Shown: piece after piece, positions 18,119 to 26,642 of the stretch
Position numbering within the stretch: position 1 is the first letter of the stretch
Layout: each line of letters begins with the position of its first letter
IMG/VR virus record: IMGVR_UViG_3300028569_002417
Span: 124,001-188,000 of that record
Direction: 5' to 3' (one strand)
DNA length: 64,000 bases
The notes under the pieces: model-generated
Database searches by the model: none
What the model was told of the DNA's origin: nothing
What the model saw: the letters and a program-made list of their open reading frames with translations, nothing else
Position numbers and translations under genes: made by a program

Positions 18119-20509
18119 TCAGCTTTTTTTCCAACTATCCCAGAATGTATTGTTCTTTATCATGTTTTCATATGTGTGTTGTGCGAACCTTCTACCAGCA
18201 TTGCCTATTCTAATGCCAGAAAGTCGAATATTTACAGAAACAAATTCATCAATTAAACAATCATCTTTTGCCCTTACATATATTTTATTATTTGAAACTT
18301 CAGCGCCGATCAATATTGGTCTGGAAGGCATTGCGCTAACAACTTGTATTGAATCATATTCACAAACCTTGATAAAATTTTCATCTATGTTGAAAACAGA
18401 AAGTACATTATTTTTACCTTCTCTACCAATATTAACAACAATTAAATCTTCAAATCTTACTTCTGGCATTTCCATACATGCCAATTCAATATATTTTTCA
18501 GAAGATCCATCATAAACAGGCAAAATAGCATTTTTAGAACCCGGCTGACCAGTTTCCCCTCTTTCGCCCTGATCTCCTTTTCGACCTTGTTGCCCTTGTT
18601 GGCCTGTAGAACCTTGATTCCCTCTATCACCTTTATCGCCTTTTACTCCTTGACGACCTTGTTCACCTTTTGGTCCTTGCAGTCCTTGATTTCCTTGACT
18701 TCCTTGATTTCCTTGTTCGCCTTGTTGACCTTGCTCACCTTGATCGCCTTGTTCGCCTTTTTCTCCTTGATGTCCTTGGTTTCCTTGATTTCCTTGATGT
18801 CCTTGATGTCCTTGATGTCCTTGGCGACCTTGATGTCCTTGATGTCCTTGGCGACCTTGGTGTCCTTGATGTCCTTGATGTCCTTGGTGTCCTTGGCGAC
18901 CTTGGTGGCCTTGATTGCCTTGGTGGCCTTGATTGCCTTGGTGGCCTTGATTGCCTTGGTGTCCTTGATTGCCTTGGTGTCCTTGATTTCCTTGATTTCC
19001 TTGATTGCCTTGATTTCCTTGATGGCCTTGATTTCCTTGGTGTCCCTGATTGCCTTGGTGTCCTTGATTTCCTTGATTTCCTTGGTGTCCTTGAAAACCT
19101 TGAAAACCTTGAAATCCTTGATTTCCTTGAAAACCTTGAAATCCTTGGTTTCCTTGAAAACCTTGAAATCCTTGGTTTCCTTGAAAACCTTGAAATCCTT
19201 GTCTACCTTGAAAACCTTGTCTTCCTTGAAATCCTTGATATCCTTGAAATCCTCTTTCTCCTTGAAAACCTTGTCTTCCTTGATATCCTTGATATCCTTG
19301 ATGACCTTGAAATCCTCTTTCTCCTTGAAAACCTTGTCTTCCTTGAAATCCTTGATTACCTTGATTGCCTCTTTCTCCTTGATATCCTTGCCTTCCTTGA
19401 AATCCTTGGCGACCTTGAGATCCTTGATTGCCTTGATAACCACGTTCTCCTTGATTTCCTTTTTCTCCTTGAGCACCAATTTCTCCTTGACGGCCTTGAC
19501 GACCTTGATTTCCTTGTAATCCTATATCGCCCTTTTCTCCTTGAACTCCAATTTCTCCTTGGCGACCTTGACGGCCTTGATTTCCTTGTAGTCCTTGATC
19601 GCCTTTTTCTCCTTGTGGACCAGTAGTTCCTATTACTCCTTGTCGTCCTTGATTGCCTTGATTTCCTTGAAAACCCTGACTACCTTTTTCACCTTGATAT
19701 CCTGATCCTTGATTTCCTTGATTTCCTTGATTTCCTTGATTTCCTTGAAAACCTTGACGGCCTTGATTGCCTTGAAATCCTGATCCCTGATTACCTTGAA
19801 ATCCTATTGATCCTTGACGACCTTGAGATCCTTGTGTTCCAAAAGCGCCTTGAAGTCCTTGAAAACCCGCTCCTTGAGAACCCGAAGATCCTTGTCGTCC
19901 TTGTTGACCTTGAACTCCAGTTGTTCCTTGCTGTCCTTGAACTCCTTTTCCTCCCTGTAATCCTTGTAGTCCTTGAACTCCTTGTAATCCTTGAGAACCA
20001 TCAAGACCTTGCAAACCTTGATATCCAGCACCTTGTAAACCTTGTAAGCCTAGATTTCCCTGAAGTCCTTGATATCCAGCACCTTGTAATCCCTGTAAAC
20101 CTTGTAGGCCAAAGCCTTGTTCGCCTTGTTCACCTTGTTCTCCCTGATCTCCTTGCGATCCTTGATAACCTGCTGGAGTCCCTTGATAACCAATAATTCC
20201 TTGATTACCTTGAACTCCAATAATTCCTTGTAAGCCTTGATTGCCTTGTGGACCTTGAACAGTACTTGCTGATCCTTGAGAACCTTGAGCTCCTTGTGAA
20301 CCTGCTCTTCCCTGTGGACCTTGAAGTCCTGTTCCCCCAGATGAACCTTGGCTACCTTGTGGACCTTGTTTTGATGCATCAACTTGTGCTGAAACAACTA
20401 AATCACGAATATCTTGTGCGGTAATACCACCTTCGCTATTGTCGGCAAATATGCACAACAATTCCTCTTCTGTCCTTAGTGTTCCCGACTGGTTACATTG
20501 ATTCGCCAT
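18119..20509 (-). CDS. collagen-like fibre protein 2 (Gly-X-Gln repeats)
   Basis: Long G-X-Q tract; start placed at MANQCNQSG (20509) to match the paralog. Confidence 0.9.
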   Translation of the reverse strand: MANQCNQSGTLRTEEELLCIFADNSEGGITAQDIRDLVVSAQVDASKQGPQGSQGSSGGTGLQGPQGRAGSQGAQGSQGSASTVQGPQGNQGLQGIIGVQGNQGIIGYQGTPAGYQGSQGDQGEQGEQGEQGFGLQGLQGLQGAGYQGLQGNLGLQGLQGAGYQGLQGLDGSQGLQGVQGLQGLQGGKGVQGQQGTTGVQGQQGRQGSSGSQGAGFQGLQGAFGTQGSQGRQGSIGFQGNQGSGFQGNQGRQGFQGNQGNQGNQGNQGSGYQGEKGSQGFQGNQGNQGRQGVIGTTGPQGEKGDQGLQGNQGRQGRQGEIGVQGEKGDIGLQGNQGRQGRQGEIGAQGEKGNQGERGYQGNQGSQGRQGFQGRQGYQGERGNQGNQGFQGRQGFQGERGFQGHQGYQGYQGRQGFQGERGFQGYQGFQGRQGFQGRQGFQGFQGNQGFQGFQGNQGFQGFQGNQGFQGFQGFQGHQGNQGNQGHQGNQGHQGNQGHQGNQGNQGNQGNQGHQGNQGHQGNQGHQGNQGHQGNQGHQGRQGHQGHQGHQGHQGRQGHQGHQGRQGHQGHQGHQGNQGNQGHQGEKGEQGDQGEQGQQGEQGNQGSQGNQGLQGPKGEQGRQGVKGDKGDRGNQGSTGQQGQQGRKGDQGERGETGQPGSKNAILPVYDGSSEKYIELACMEMPEVRFEDLIVVNIGREGKNNVLSVFNIDENFIKVCEYDSIQVVSAMPSRPILIGAEVSNNKIYVRAKDDCLIDEFVSVNIRLSGIRIGNAGRRFAQHTYENMIKNNTFWDSWKKS
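19412..19588. repeat. 177-bp near-identical block, copy 2
   Basis: Matches 17006-17182. Confidence 0.85.
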
Positions 20510-20519
20510 TTTAGCCTTG

Positions 20520-20861
20520 TTATTTGAAACTACTTGCAAATGATACGTTGAACTGTTTGTTTGTTCCGCCTATAGAATCTTGCTTTGCATTTTGACATTT
20601 TCGATAAGCCTTTAGATAAGGAATTGGATATGAAACAAATGCTCCATCACTTCTATTGGCTACGCAAATCTCAATATTTTTATAAGGAGGACACGAAAAA
20701 TAAGACTCTGGCTTGAGACAACAATCAACCAAGCCTGCTGGAATTTGACAAAAATTAGTATTTATGTTTGCCATATTGTTTACTTGAGTTAAATCCTGAC
20801 CTTTTTCAATTTGTTTAAGAGCAACATCTGGTACTAAAGCACCTTTCAAATAAGTATCCAC
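20520..20861 (-). CDS. Cys-containing hypothetical protein heading the fibre operon
   Basis: GTG 20861 follows SD AAGGAGG; CTAAATA motif upstream. Confidence 0.65.
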   Translation of the reverse strand: MDTYLKGALVPDVALKQIEKGQDLTQVNNMANINTNFCQIPAGLVDCCLKPESYFSCPPYKNIEICVANRSDGAFVSYPIPYLKAYRKCQNAKQDSIGGTNKQFNVSFASSFK

Positions 20862-20881
20862 AACAACCTCCTTGATATAGG

Positions 20882-20893
20882 TATTTAGCACTT
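20882..20893 (-). promoter_or_regulatory. candidate late promoter AAGTGCTAAATA
   Basis: Identical to 13773-13784; upstream of the collagen fibre operon. Confidence 0.55.
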
Positions 20894-20901
20894 AAAGTCA
20901 T

Positions 20902-21195
20902 CTATTTTTTAGCCTCTTTTGCCATAAGCCTTATAATGTCTTCCAAAGTACCATCTCCACTCGATATTTTATCTTTCACTTGCATCTGAACATCATCATT
21001 CAAATCCCTAAACTCGCCCAAAACTTCAAGAGAACTAATTAAATTTTCTGGAGGTTTCCACATATTCAAAGACGTTGATATATCATATTTTTCAGATTTA
21101 TCATTAGAATTAAGCTTTCCAATCACTAAATCCTTATAAAACTCATAATCTTTCTGATCATCTTCGAGCCAAATTCTAAAAGATAATTTATTCAT
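20902..21195 (-). CDS. hypothetical protein with capsid-targeting-like N-terminus
   Basis: MNKLSFRIWLED. Confidence 0.75.
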   Translation of the reverse strand: MNKLSFRIWLEDDQKDYEFYKDLVIGKLNSNDKSEKYDISTSLNMWKPPENLISSLEVLGEFRDLNDDVQMQVKDKISSGDGTLEDIIRLMAKEAKK

Positions 21196-21243
21196 AATCG
21201 ACTTCCGGTAAATAGTATTGATGCTTGTTCATATATAGATTTA

Positions 21244-22056
21244 ATGAACAGATTGTCATTCTCTTACTGGCTAGTCAATGAAATGGCTGATTATGGATTT
21301 GAAGGCGTATCCAGTCAAATCATGGGCGGAACTGATATCATGAAAGGTGACGAACTTTTCAAAATAATCAAACCAAGCGTTATAATTAGTGAACTTTTGC
21401 AAATGCCTTCCTTAGGACAACTTGAAGGTGTTCAACTTTATAATGATGAAATTCAATGGGGAACTGAACCCGGAGCACTAAAAATACAAATGTCTCCTTT
21501 AGGTTCCATGAGAGTGGTAACTAGAAGATTAACCAAAGACCTAGAAGGCAATAATGCTTGGGTTTGCAAAAAAGTTCATCCAATTAACGATTATAAAGAC
21601 CAAGACCATGAATTAAAAATAGCAAATCATGTCTATGAGAACTTAACAAAAATTAATGAAGAAGATATTGATTCACCAGATAAAGATTACAACGAAATTG
21701 AACGACTTGCACAAAAATTGTGGTATACAACTAAAAAGCAACATCCTTCTTACATTATGTTTCCAACACAGTTAAGGAAACAGGATGAAAATTATTACAA
21801 GCTTGTCTATGAATTCAGAGGCCAAGGTGTTGGATCTCCATATAACGGAAAAACTGGAAGGGCTGAACAGTTCGACATTGATTTGATCTACTATCCGAAA
21901 AAAGGCATGATTAGATGCTTTGGCTACGATATTGACAGTAGCTCTAGAGAAAGAAAGTTTTATGTTCAGCCTTCTGAGTGGGATGAAATGTTTTCCCCAA
22001 AGCAAGAAGACAACGATATAGTTGAAAATATTGTTAAACTTTTCTTGCAGTACTAA
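21244..22056 (+). CDS. hypothetical protein with capsid-targeting-like N-terminus
   Basis: MNRLSFSYWLVNE; ATATATAGA 4 nt before ATG. Confidence 0.8.
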   Translation: MNRLSFSYWLVNEMADYGFEGVSSQIMGGTDIMKGDELFKIIKPSVIISELLQMPSLGQLEGVQLYNDEIQWGTEPGALKIQMSPLGSMRVVTRRLTKDLEGNNAWVCKKVHPINDYKDQDHELKIANHVYENLTKINEEDIDSPDKDYNEIERLAQKLWYTTKKQHPSYIMFPTQLRKQDENYYKLVYEFRGQGVGSPYNGKTGRAEQFDIDLIYYPKKGMIRCFGYDIDSSSRERKFYVQPSEWDEMFSPKQEDNDIVENIVKLFLQY

Positions 22057-22072
22057 ATTCTCAGCATATAAT
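22045..22072 (+). promoter_or_regulatory. sigma70-type promoter for pyrB
   Basis: TTGCAG, 16 nt, TATAAT. Confidence 0.45.
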
Positions 22073-22107
22073 TAATTGTCAAGCAAAAAAAATTACGAGA
22101 TGAACAA

Positions 22108-23040
22108 ATGCGTCATTTCCTGTCTATTTCCGACTTCACTAAAGATCAAATTGAAACTGTTTTAGAAATTGCGACAGACATTGAAAAGAATTGGGAATTT
22201 TGTCGCCAAATGAACAACAAATGTATTTCTTCGTTTTTTGCAGAACCTTCTACTAGAACCAGATTTTCATTCGAGAGAGCAATGCATTGGCTTGGAGGAA
22301 GATGTGTCACAGCTGCTGATGCATCTTCAAGTAGCAGTTTAATCAAAGGCGAAAGTCTCAAGGACACATTTCGCACTCTTGGTCAGTATTCTGACGCTAT
22401 CATTATGCGTCATGGTGATTCAAGCTGGCCAGAAATAGCAAGAGCATATTCTCGTGTTCCAGTAATTAATGCAGGAAGTGGATCTGGAGAACATCCAACA
22501 CAAGCACTTCTTGACCTTCATACAATTAAACAAAAATGGAAAGATGTCAGTAATCTCAAGGTTATGTTGTGTGGAGATCTTAAAAACGGAAGAACAATAC
22601 ACAGTCTTATTGAACTTCTTCACATTTATGGTTGCAAAATATATTATTGCGCTGCCACTGATCATGCAGATTGTGATTTGAGCATACCTGAAAAATACCT
22701 TGCAAATATTCCTTGTAAAAATGTTGAAATATGTGACGCAAATGACATTCTTCCAGAAATCGATGTCATTTATATGACCAGAATCCAAAAAGAAAGATTC
22801 AAAGGTGTCAGTGGTTCTCTAGATTTCTTTAAGATTGACAAAACCAATATCAATAAAATCAAAGAAAACGCTGCTATTCTTCATCCTCTTCCTAGAAACG
22901 AAGAAATTAGTGAAGATATAGATGATGATTCTCGTGCTGACTATCACGAAAGACAAGTCAGAAATGGTCTTTATATAAGAACTGCTCTTTTAGATTATAT
23001 TCTTTACACAAGTCCTTTACACAGATACTACAGATCATAA
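22108..23040 (+). CDS. pyrB: aspartate carbamoyltransferase catalytic subunit
   Basis: FFAEPSTRTRFSFE, HPTQALLD, GDLKNGRTIHS, YMTRIQKER, HPLPR. Confidence 0.95.
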   Translation: MRHFLSISDFTKDQIETVLEIATDIEKNWEFCRQMNNKCISSFFAEPSTRTRFSFERAMHWLGGRCVTAADASSSSSLIKGESLKDTFRTLGQYSDAIIMRHGDSSWPEIARAYSRVPVINAGSGSGEHPTQALLDLHTIKQKWKDVSNLKVMLCGDLKNGRTIHSLIELLHIYGCKIYYCAATDHADCDLSIPEKYLANIPCKNVEICDANDILPEIDVIYMTRIQKERFKGVSGSLDFFKIDKTNINKIKENAAILHPLPRNEEISEDIDDDSRADYHERQVRNGLYIRTALLDYILYTSPLHRYYRS

Positions 23041-23052
23041 TCATAAAAACAA

Positions 23053-23799
23053 TTAATTGTTTTCTAAAGGGAATAACTGACGGAATTTTTGCTCAACATC
23101 TTTGTTGATGCATGGCAAATAAACTTTGATGTCGAAATTAATTTTTTTATAATCATCTTCAGTGAAGATTGATTTCATGAATGGTGAAATAGCAATGTAA
23201 TATGGAGATATTTTAGCAAGGTTTATCCAACGGAAAATATTATTGTTGATATAACATTCTCGATATTTTTCAATTGTCAGTTCGGAACCGAATGTTTTAA
23301 CTAAAAATTCTTTTGTCTTTTCAATTCCATCAATTGCTTTTTGGAATCCGATTCCACTTGCAACAGATTCTGCTGGTTTATTTTTGACTGAATCGTATCT
23401 TTTCTTCCAAAGCTTCCATCTTTTCCAAGCTTTTTCACCAACTAGACAATTTGGGTCAATAAGAGGATGATCTTTGCCAGAATTGATATATTTGAGAACT
23501 TCTAACTGAGCACGGATATAAAGTGGATATTCATTATTCTCAAGAATTCCCTGAGTTTCTCTTGCAAGCTTATATGCTATTTTGAATATAAGAGACTTTC
23601 TAGGGTCACCCTTTCTCATTGTTGAGTGACGATAATCAGGAAATGTTTTTCTGCTTTGTTCAAGCCACATTGCAGAAAGATTGCAAGCTTTTGCCTCAAG
23701 ATCGTCCATATTGTACTTTTCAACTGCATCTAAAAGCCACATGTAGTCATCCTCTTTTTTTTCAGACTTCATGATACTCCTTTGAATTTGTGAAAGCAA
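23053..23799 (-). CDS. hypothetical protein
   Basis: 248 aa ORF filling the interval; no motif recognised. Confidence 0.8.
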   Translation of the reverse strand: MLSQIQRSIMKSEKKEDDYMWLLDAVEKYNMDDLEAKACNLSAMWLEQSRKTFPDYRHSTMRKGDPRKSLIFKIAYKLARETQGILENNEYPLYIRAQLEVLKYINSGKDHPLIDPNCLVGEKAWKRWKLWKKRYDSVKNKPAESVASGIGFQKAIDGIEKTKEFLVKTFGSELTIEKYRECYINNNIFRWINLAKISPYYIAISPFMKSIFTEDDYKKINFDIKVYLPCINKDVEQKFRQLFPLENN

Positions 23800-23811
23800 G
23801 GTATGTATTAA

Positions 23812-24699
23812 ATGAAAATAGCATTTTGCCCATTAGTTAGTCGTGATATGGACAAGGCAATTCGTGCCACAAATTCTTGTCGTAATCAATTTCCAACCGA
23901 ATCCATTGAAATAGAAACAGTTGCAATTATCAATTCTCAGAATCAAGAATTTGTTTCTCAGTTTTCAGAATGGTGTGAAAAAGAGAATGTCAAATATAAA
24001 ATTACTCAGTCAAATGGTACTCCGAGTAAGGGAAAAAATTCTGTATTAAATTTTTTACAAAACTCAAATTATGATGGTCTGAGTCTTACTGATGGAGACG
24101 ACCTATTTTACCCAACAGGTGCAATTCAAATTGAAAAACATATGAAACATCACCCCGGAACTGATGTTTTGATTGTTAAACCTGCCGATCATGTTTCAAA
24201 TGAAAAAACAAATACTTCTAAGGAAGTTGGAGAAAATAAATATGCAGTATGCTGGGGTATGAATGTTGTTAATCTTGGATATAAATATGGACCCGGAAAG
24301 CACGATATATTTACATCTGGACACAAAGCAGCAAGAAATTTAGGTGGACATGTCTTTTATAGCAAAAAATTAAGCAATATGATAAGATATGACGAAGAAC
24401 AGGTTTTAGGAGAAGATTTACTTCTTGAATTTAATCTTCTTAAACTTCATCAACAAAATAAAATATCATTTTGGTTAAGTTTTGCTAGTGATGTTCAGAT
24501 GTTAGACAGAACAAAGCAAGAAAGCATACAAAATCTTAAGAATGAAAGTTTAGGTAAAATTTGTTTTGAAAGATTGATTAAAAAAGTAAAAGAAATATTA
24601 CCTGAAGATAGAAGTTCATTTAATGAATTGCCAGTAGAGTTTCCCGAAATTATTTTTAATCATGATCGAAAAATTGAATGGTTGAAACAAGTCTTTTGA
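23812..24699 (+). CDS. GT-A fold glycosyltransferase-like protein
   Basis: SNGTPSKGKNSVL, TDGDD DxD-like motif, GEDLL. Confidence 0.7.
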   Translation: MKIAFCPLVSRDMDKAIRATNSCRNQFPTESIEIETVAIINSQNQEFVSQFSEWCEKENVKYKITQSNGTPSKGKNSVLNFLQNSNYDGLSLTDGDDLFYPTGAIQIEKHMKHHPGTDVLIVKPADHVSNEKTNTSKEVGENKYAVCWGMNVVNLGYKYGPGKHDIFTSGHKAARNLGGHVFYSKKLSNMIRYDEEQVLGEDLLLEFNLLKLHQQNKISFWLSFASDVQMLDRTKQESIQNLKNESLGKICFERLIKKVKEILPEDRSSFNELPVEFPEIIFNHDRKIEWLKQVF

Positions 24700-24723
24700 C
24701 ATTCCCATAAAAGATGGTATAAT
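24696..24723 (+). promoter_or_regulatory. consensus sigma70 promoter with extended -10
   Basis: TTGACA (24696-24701), 16 nt, TATAAT (24718-24723), TG at 24715-24716. Confidence 0.8.
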
Positions 24724-24729
24724 AGATAT

Positions 24730-25150
24730 GGCAGTCCCAAGCTTTGGCGTGAAAGGTCTCGTACTACCTTGAATGTTGAAGTTGCTAAACCTGTGAGGCT
24801 CTCACCAAGAGCGGGTCTTTGTAGTTGTTTCTACAACAAATGCTGTAACGGGCAGCATTGTTCTCACAAGCAACATAGGTCAAGCCAGATAGCATCGATG
24901 CTGACTTCTATGACTATAGTGTATCCCACTAGCAAACACTCATGTCATAGACTATCTGGTTTTAAGATTGTTGCAAAAGAAAGTACGCTACTCTTCATCA
25001 CCACTAATCTTTTTGCTGGAGTAAGTAAGATTAAAGAACAAAAACAAAGCTTAAACGCTAAATTTTTGCTCTACTAATCTTGTTTACTCAATAAGTCATT
25101 ATTCTTAATGATTTATACAGTAATAACCATTAGGGTCAGCATCCCGTTCT
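24730..25150 (+). ncRNA. candidate large structured non-coding RNA, class unknown
   Basis: Starts just after a consensus promoter; at least 9 nested helices plus long-range complementarities; no credible ORF; 3' end uncertain. Confidence 0.6.
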
Positions 25151-25296
25151 GGAATTTGATTGTAAATAAAAGTTTCTCAAAAATATTTTCATGTTGTTAA
25201 TGAAGAATTTGTTTAGTATGACATTTGTAAATCCGTTCATCAATGAATGAAGGGATAAGGCTAGAAGGCTCAAAATTGACTTAGGAGTGATTATCT

Positions 25297-26631
25297 ATGA
25301 ACTTTGAGTCTCTGGCCAAGTTGCTTACAGAAATCGACCACAAGACCCTATTCTTGCGATTTAATCCTGAGGTTCTTGATTTCACAGACAAGGAATCGTC
25401 TTGTGAGCTTCAGTTCTTTATTCCTGATGGTCGAATCTTCAAGATTGAGTTGAAAGATGAGACTATGCCTTTGATTCTAAGCTTCTTGGGTATATCTTTG
25501 TTTGAAAAAGATTGCAAAATATTTACTTGGAATTGGAAGTGTTTTGCTTCTTATGTTTTTGCTAAGAAGAACAAGTTTTATGACATAAAGGCTTCTATTG
25601 TTGATATCAAGATAATTGAGTCATTTAGCGGTATAAAGAAGAATGCTCCTGAAAGTTATGTTGAGGCTTTCAATAGAATAAAGAATTTAGTTTCTTCTGG
25701 TTTGTGGAAGGAAAGTGAGAATATTTACAAGAACATTCATCTTCCTTTGATGACAACAGTTATACCAGCATTGGAGAAGATAGGTATTGTTGATTCTTCT
25801 TTGCATTCTAAGGTTCATGCTTATTACGAGATTGATGGGCAGGACAATGGTCGATTGAAGTGTTTCGGTGCCTTCAAGAATTCTTATGTTCCTCACACAA
25901 TGGGATCTGAACTGAAAGAAGTTTTGAGGCCTGTTGGTTACGATAATTTTTTTATGAGTTTTGACTTTAAGGGGATGGAAGTATTTGTTTTGGCGCATTT
26001 GAGTAAGGATCGAAATTTATTGAGACTTTGCGATCAGGAAGACATATATCTTTCCTTGTATAGGGTTTTAATTGGACAGGAGAAGGAAAAAAATGATAGG
26101 GAATTGGCAAAAAAATGTTTTTTGCCGGTTATATATGGACAGTCAGCCCGATCACTTTCTTTGAGATGTGGTTTGGCGGCTGATGTGGCCGAAAAAGTGG
26201 TGGAACGAATTAGTTCTTTGTTTCCTGCTGCTATTTCATTTGTTGCCGATTGCGAAAGCAAAGTTAAAAAAGATGGATATGCAAAGGATTTCTTCGGTAA
26301 GAGAAGAACAAACTTTGAGGTTGGGAAGGAATACCTTGCCAGAAATTTTGCAGTGCAGTCTCCTGCTGCGACGATATGCCTAGAGAAACTTATCAGTTTA
26401 TATTTTTGTTTGCAAAAACTCAATGAGTCATTGAAAGATAAAGCTGAAATTGCTTATACTGTTCATGACGGATATGTTGTTTATGCCACAAAGGAAAACT
26501 GGAAGCAAGTTTACAAAAAATGTATGGATGCTTTGACTAGTGAATCTGAGTTGTGTCCCGGCCTTAAGCTGAAAGTTTCATGCAAAGGAGGACGCAATCT
26601 AAATGATCTAAAGGTTATAAAAAACGGCTAG
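25297..26631 (+). CDS. polA: divergent family A DNA polymerase, thumb deleted, exonuclease degenerate
   Basis: DNGRL, motif A SFDFKGMEVFVLAHLSKD, motif B RELAKKCFLPVIYG, NFAVQSPAA, motif C TVHDGY. Confidence 0.85.
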   Translation: MNFESLAKLLTEIDHKTLFLRFNPEVLDFTDKESSCELQFFIPDGRIFKIELKDETMPLILSFLGISLFEKDCKIFTWNWKCFASYVFAKKNKFYDIKASIVDIKIIESFSGIKKNAPESYVEAFNRIKNLVSSGLWKESENIYKNIHLPLMTTVIPALEKIGIVDSSLHSKVHAYYEIDGQDNGRLKCFGAFKNSYVPHTMGSELKEVLRPVGYDNFFMSFDFKGMEVFVLAHLSKDRNLLRLCDQEDIYLSLYRVLIGQEKEKNDRELAKKCFLPVIYGQSARSLSLRCGLAADVAEKVVERISSLFPAAISFVADCESKVKKDGYAKDFFGKRRTNFEVGKEYLARNFAVQSPAATICLEKLISLYFCLQKLNESLKDKAEIAYTVHDGYVVYATKENWKQVYKKCMDALTSESELCPGLKLKVSCKGGRNLNDLKVIKNG

Positions 26632-26642
26632 AGGATTAAGAA

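Noticed and set aside
14405-20397. Many long alternative-frame and antisense ORFs over the collagen genes (e.g. 18587-19519, 18670-19626, 16564-17073)
   Set aside because: By-products of the 9-bp GGN-NNN-CAA periodicity, which lacks stops in other frames; the translations are low-complexity.
14348-20509. Repeat arrays as possible CRISPR or DGR
   Set aside because: Units are in-frame codon triplets with no repeat-spacer structure; no cas or reverse transcriptase gene in the window.
24769-25077. 102-aa TTG-start ORF
   Set aside because: No SD, atypical composition, and it coincides with dense RNA helices; the ncRNA reading is preferred but not proven.
24730-25150. Identification as RNase P RNA, tmRNA or group I intron
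   Set aside because: No GAGGAAAGUCC CR-I, no tRNA-like ends or convincing tag frame, and no correctly ordered P7 elements; left unassigned.
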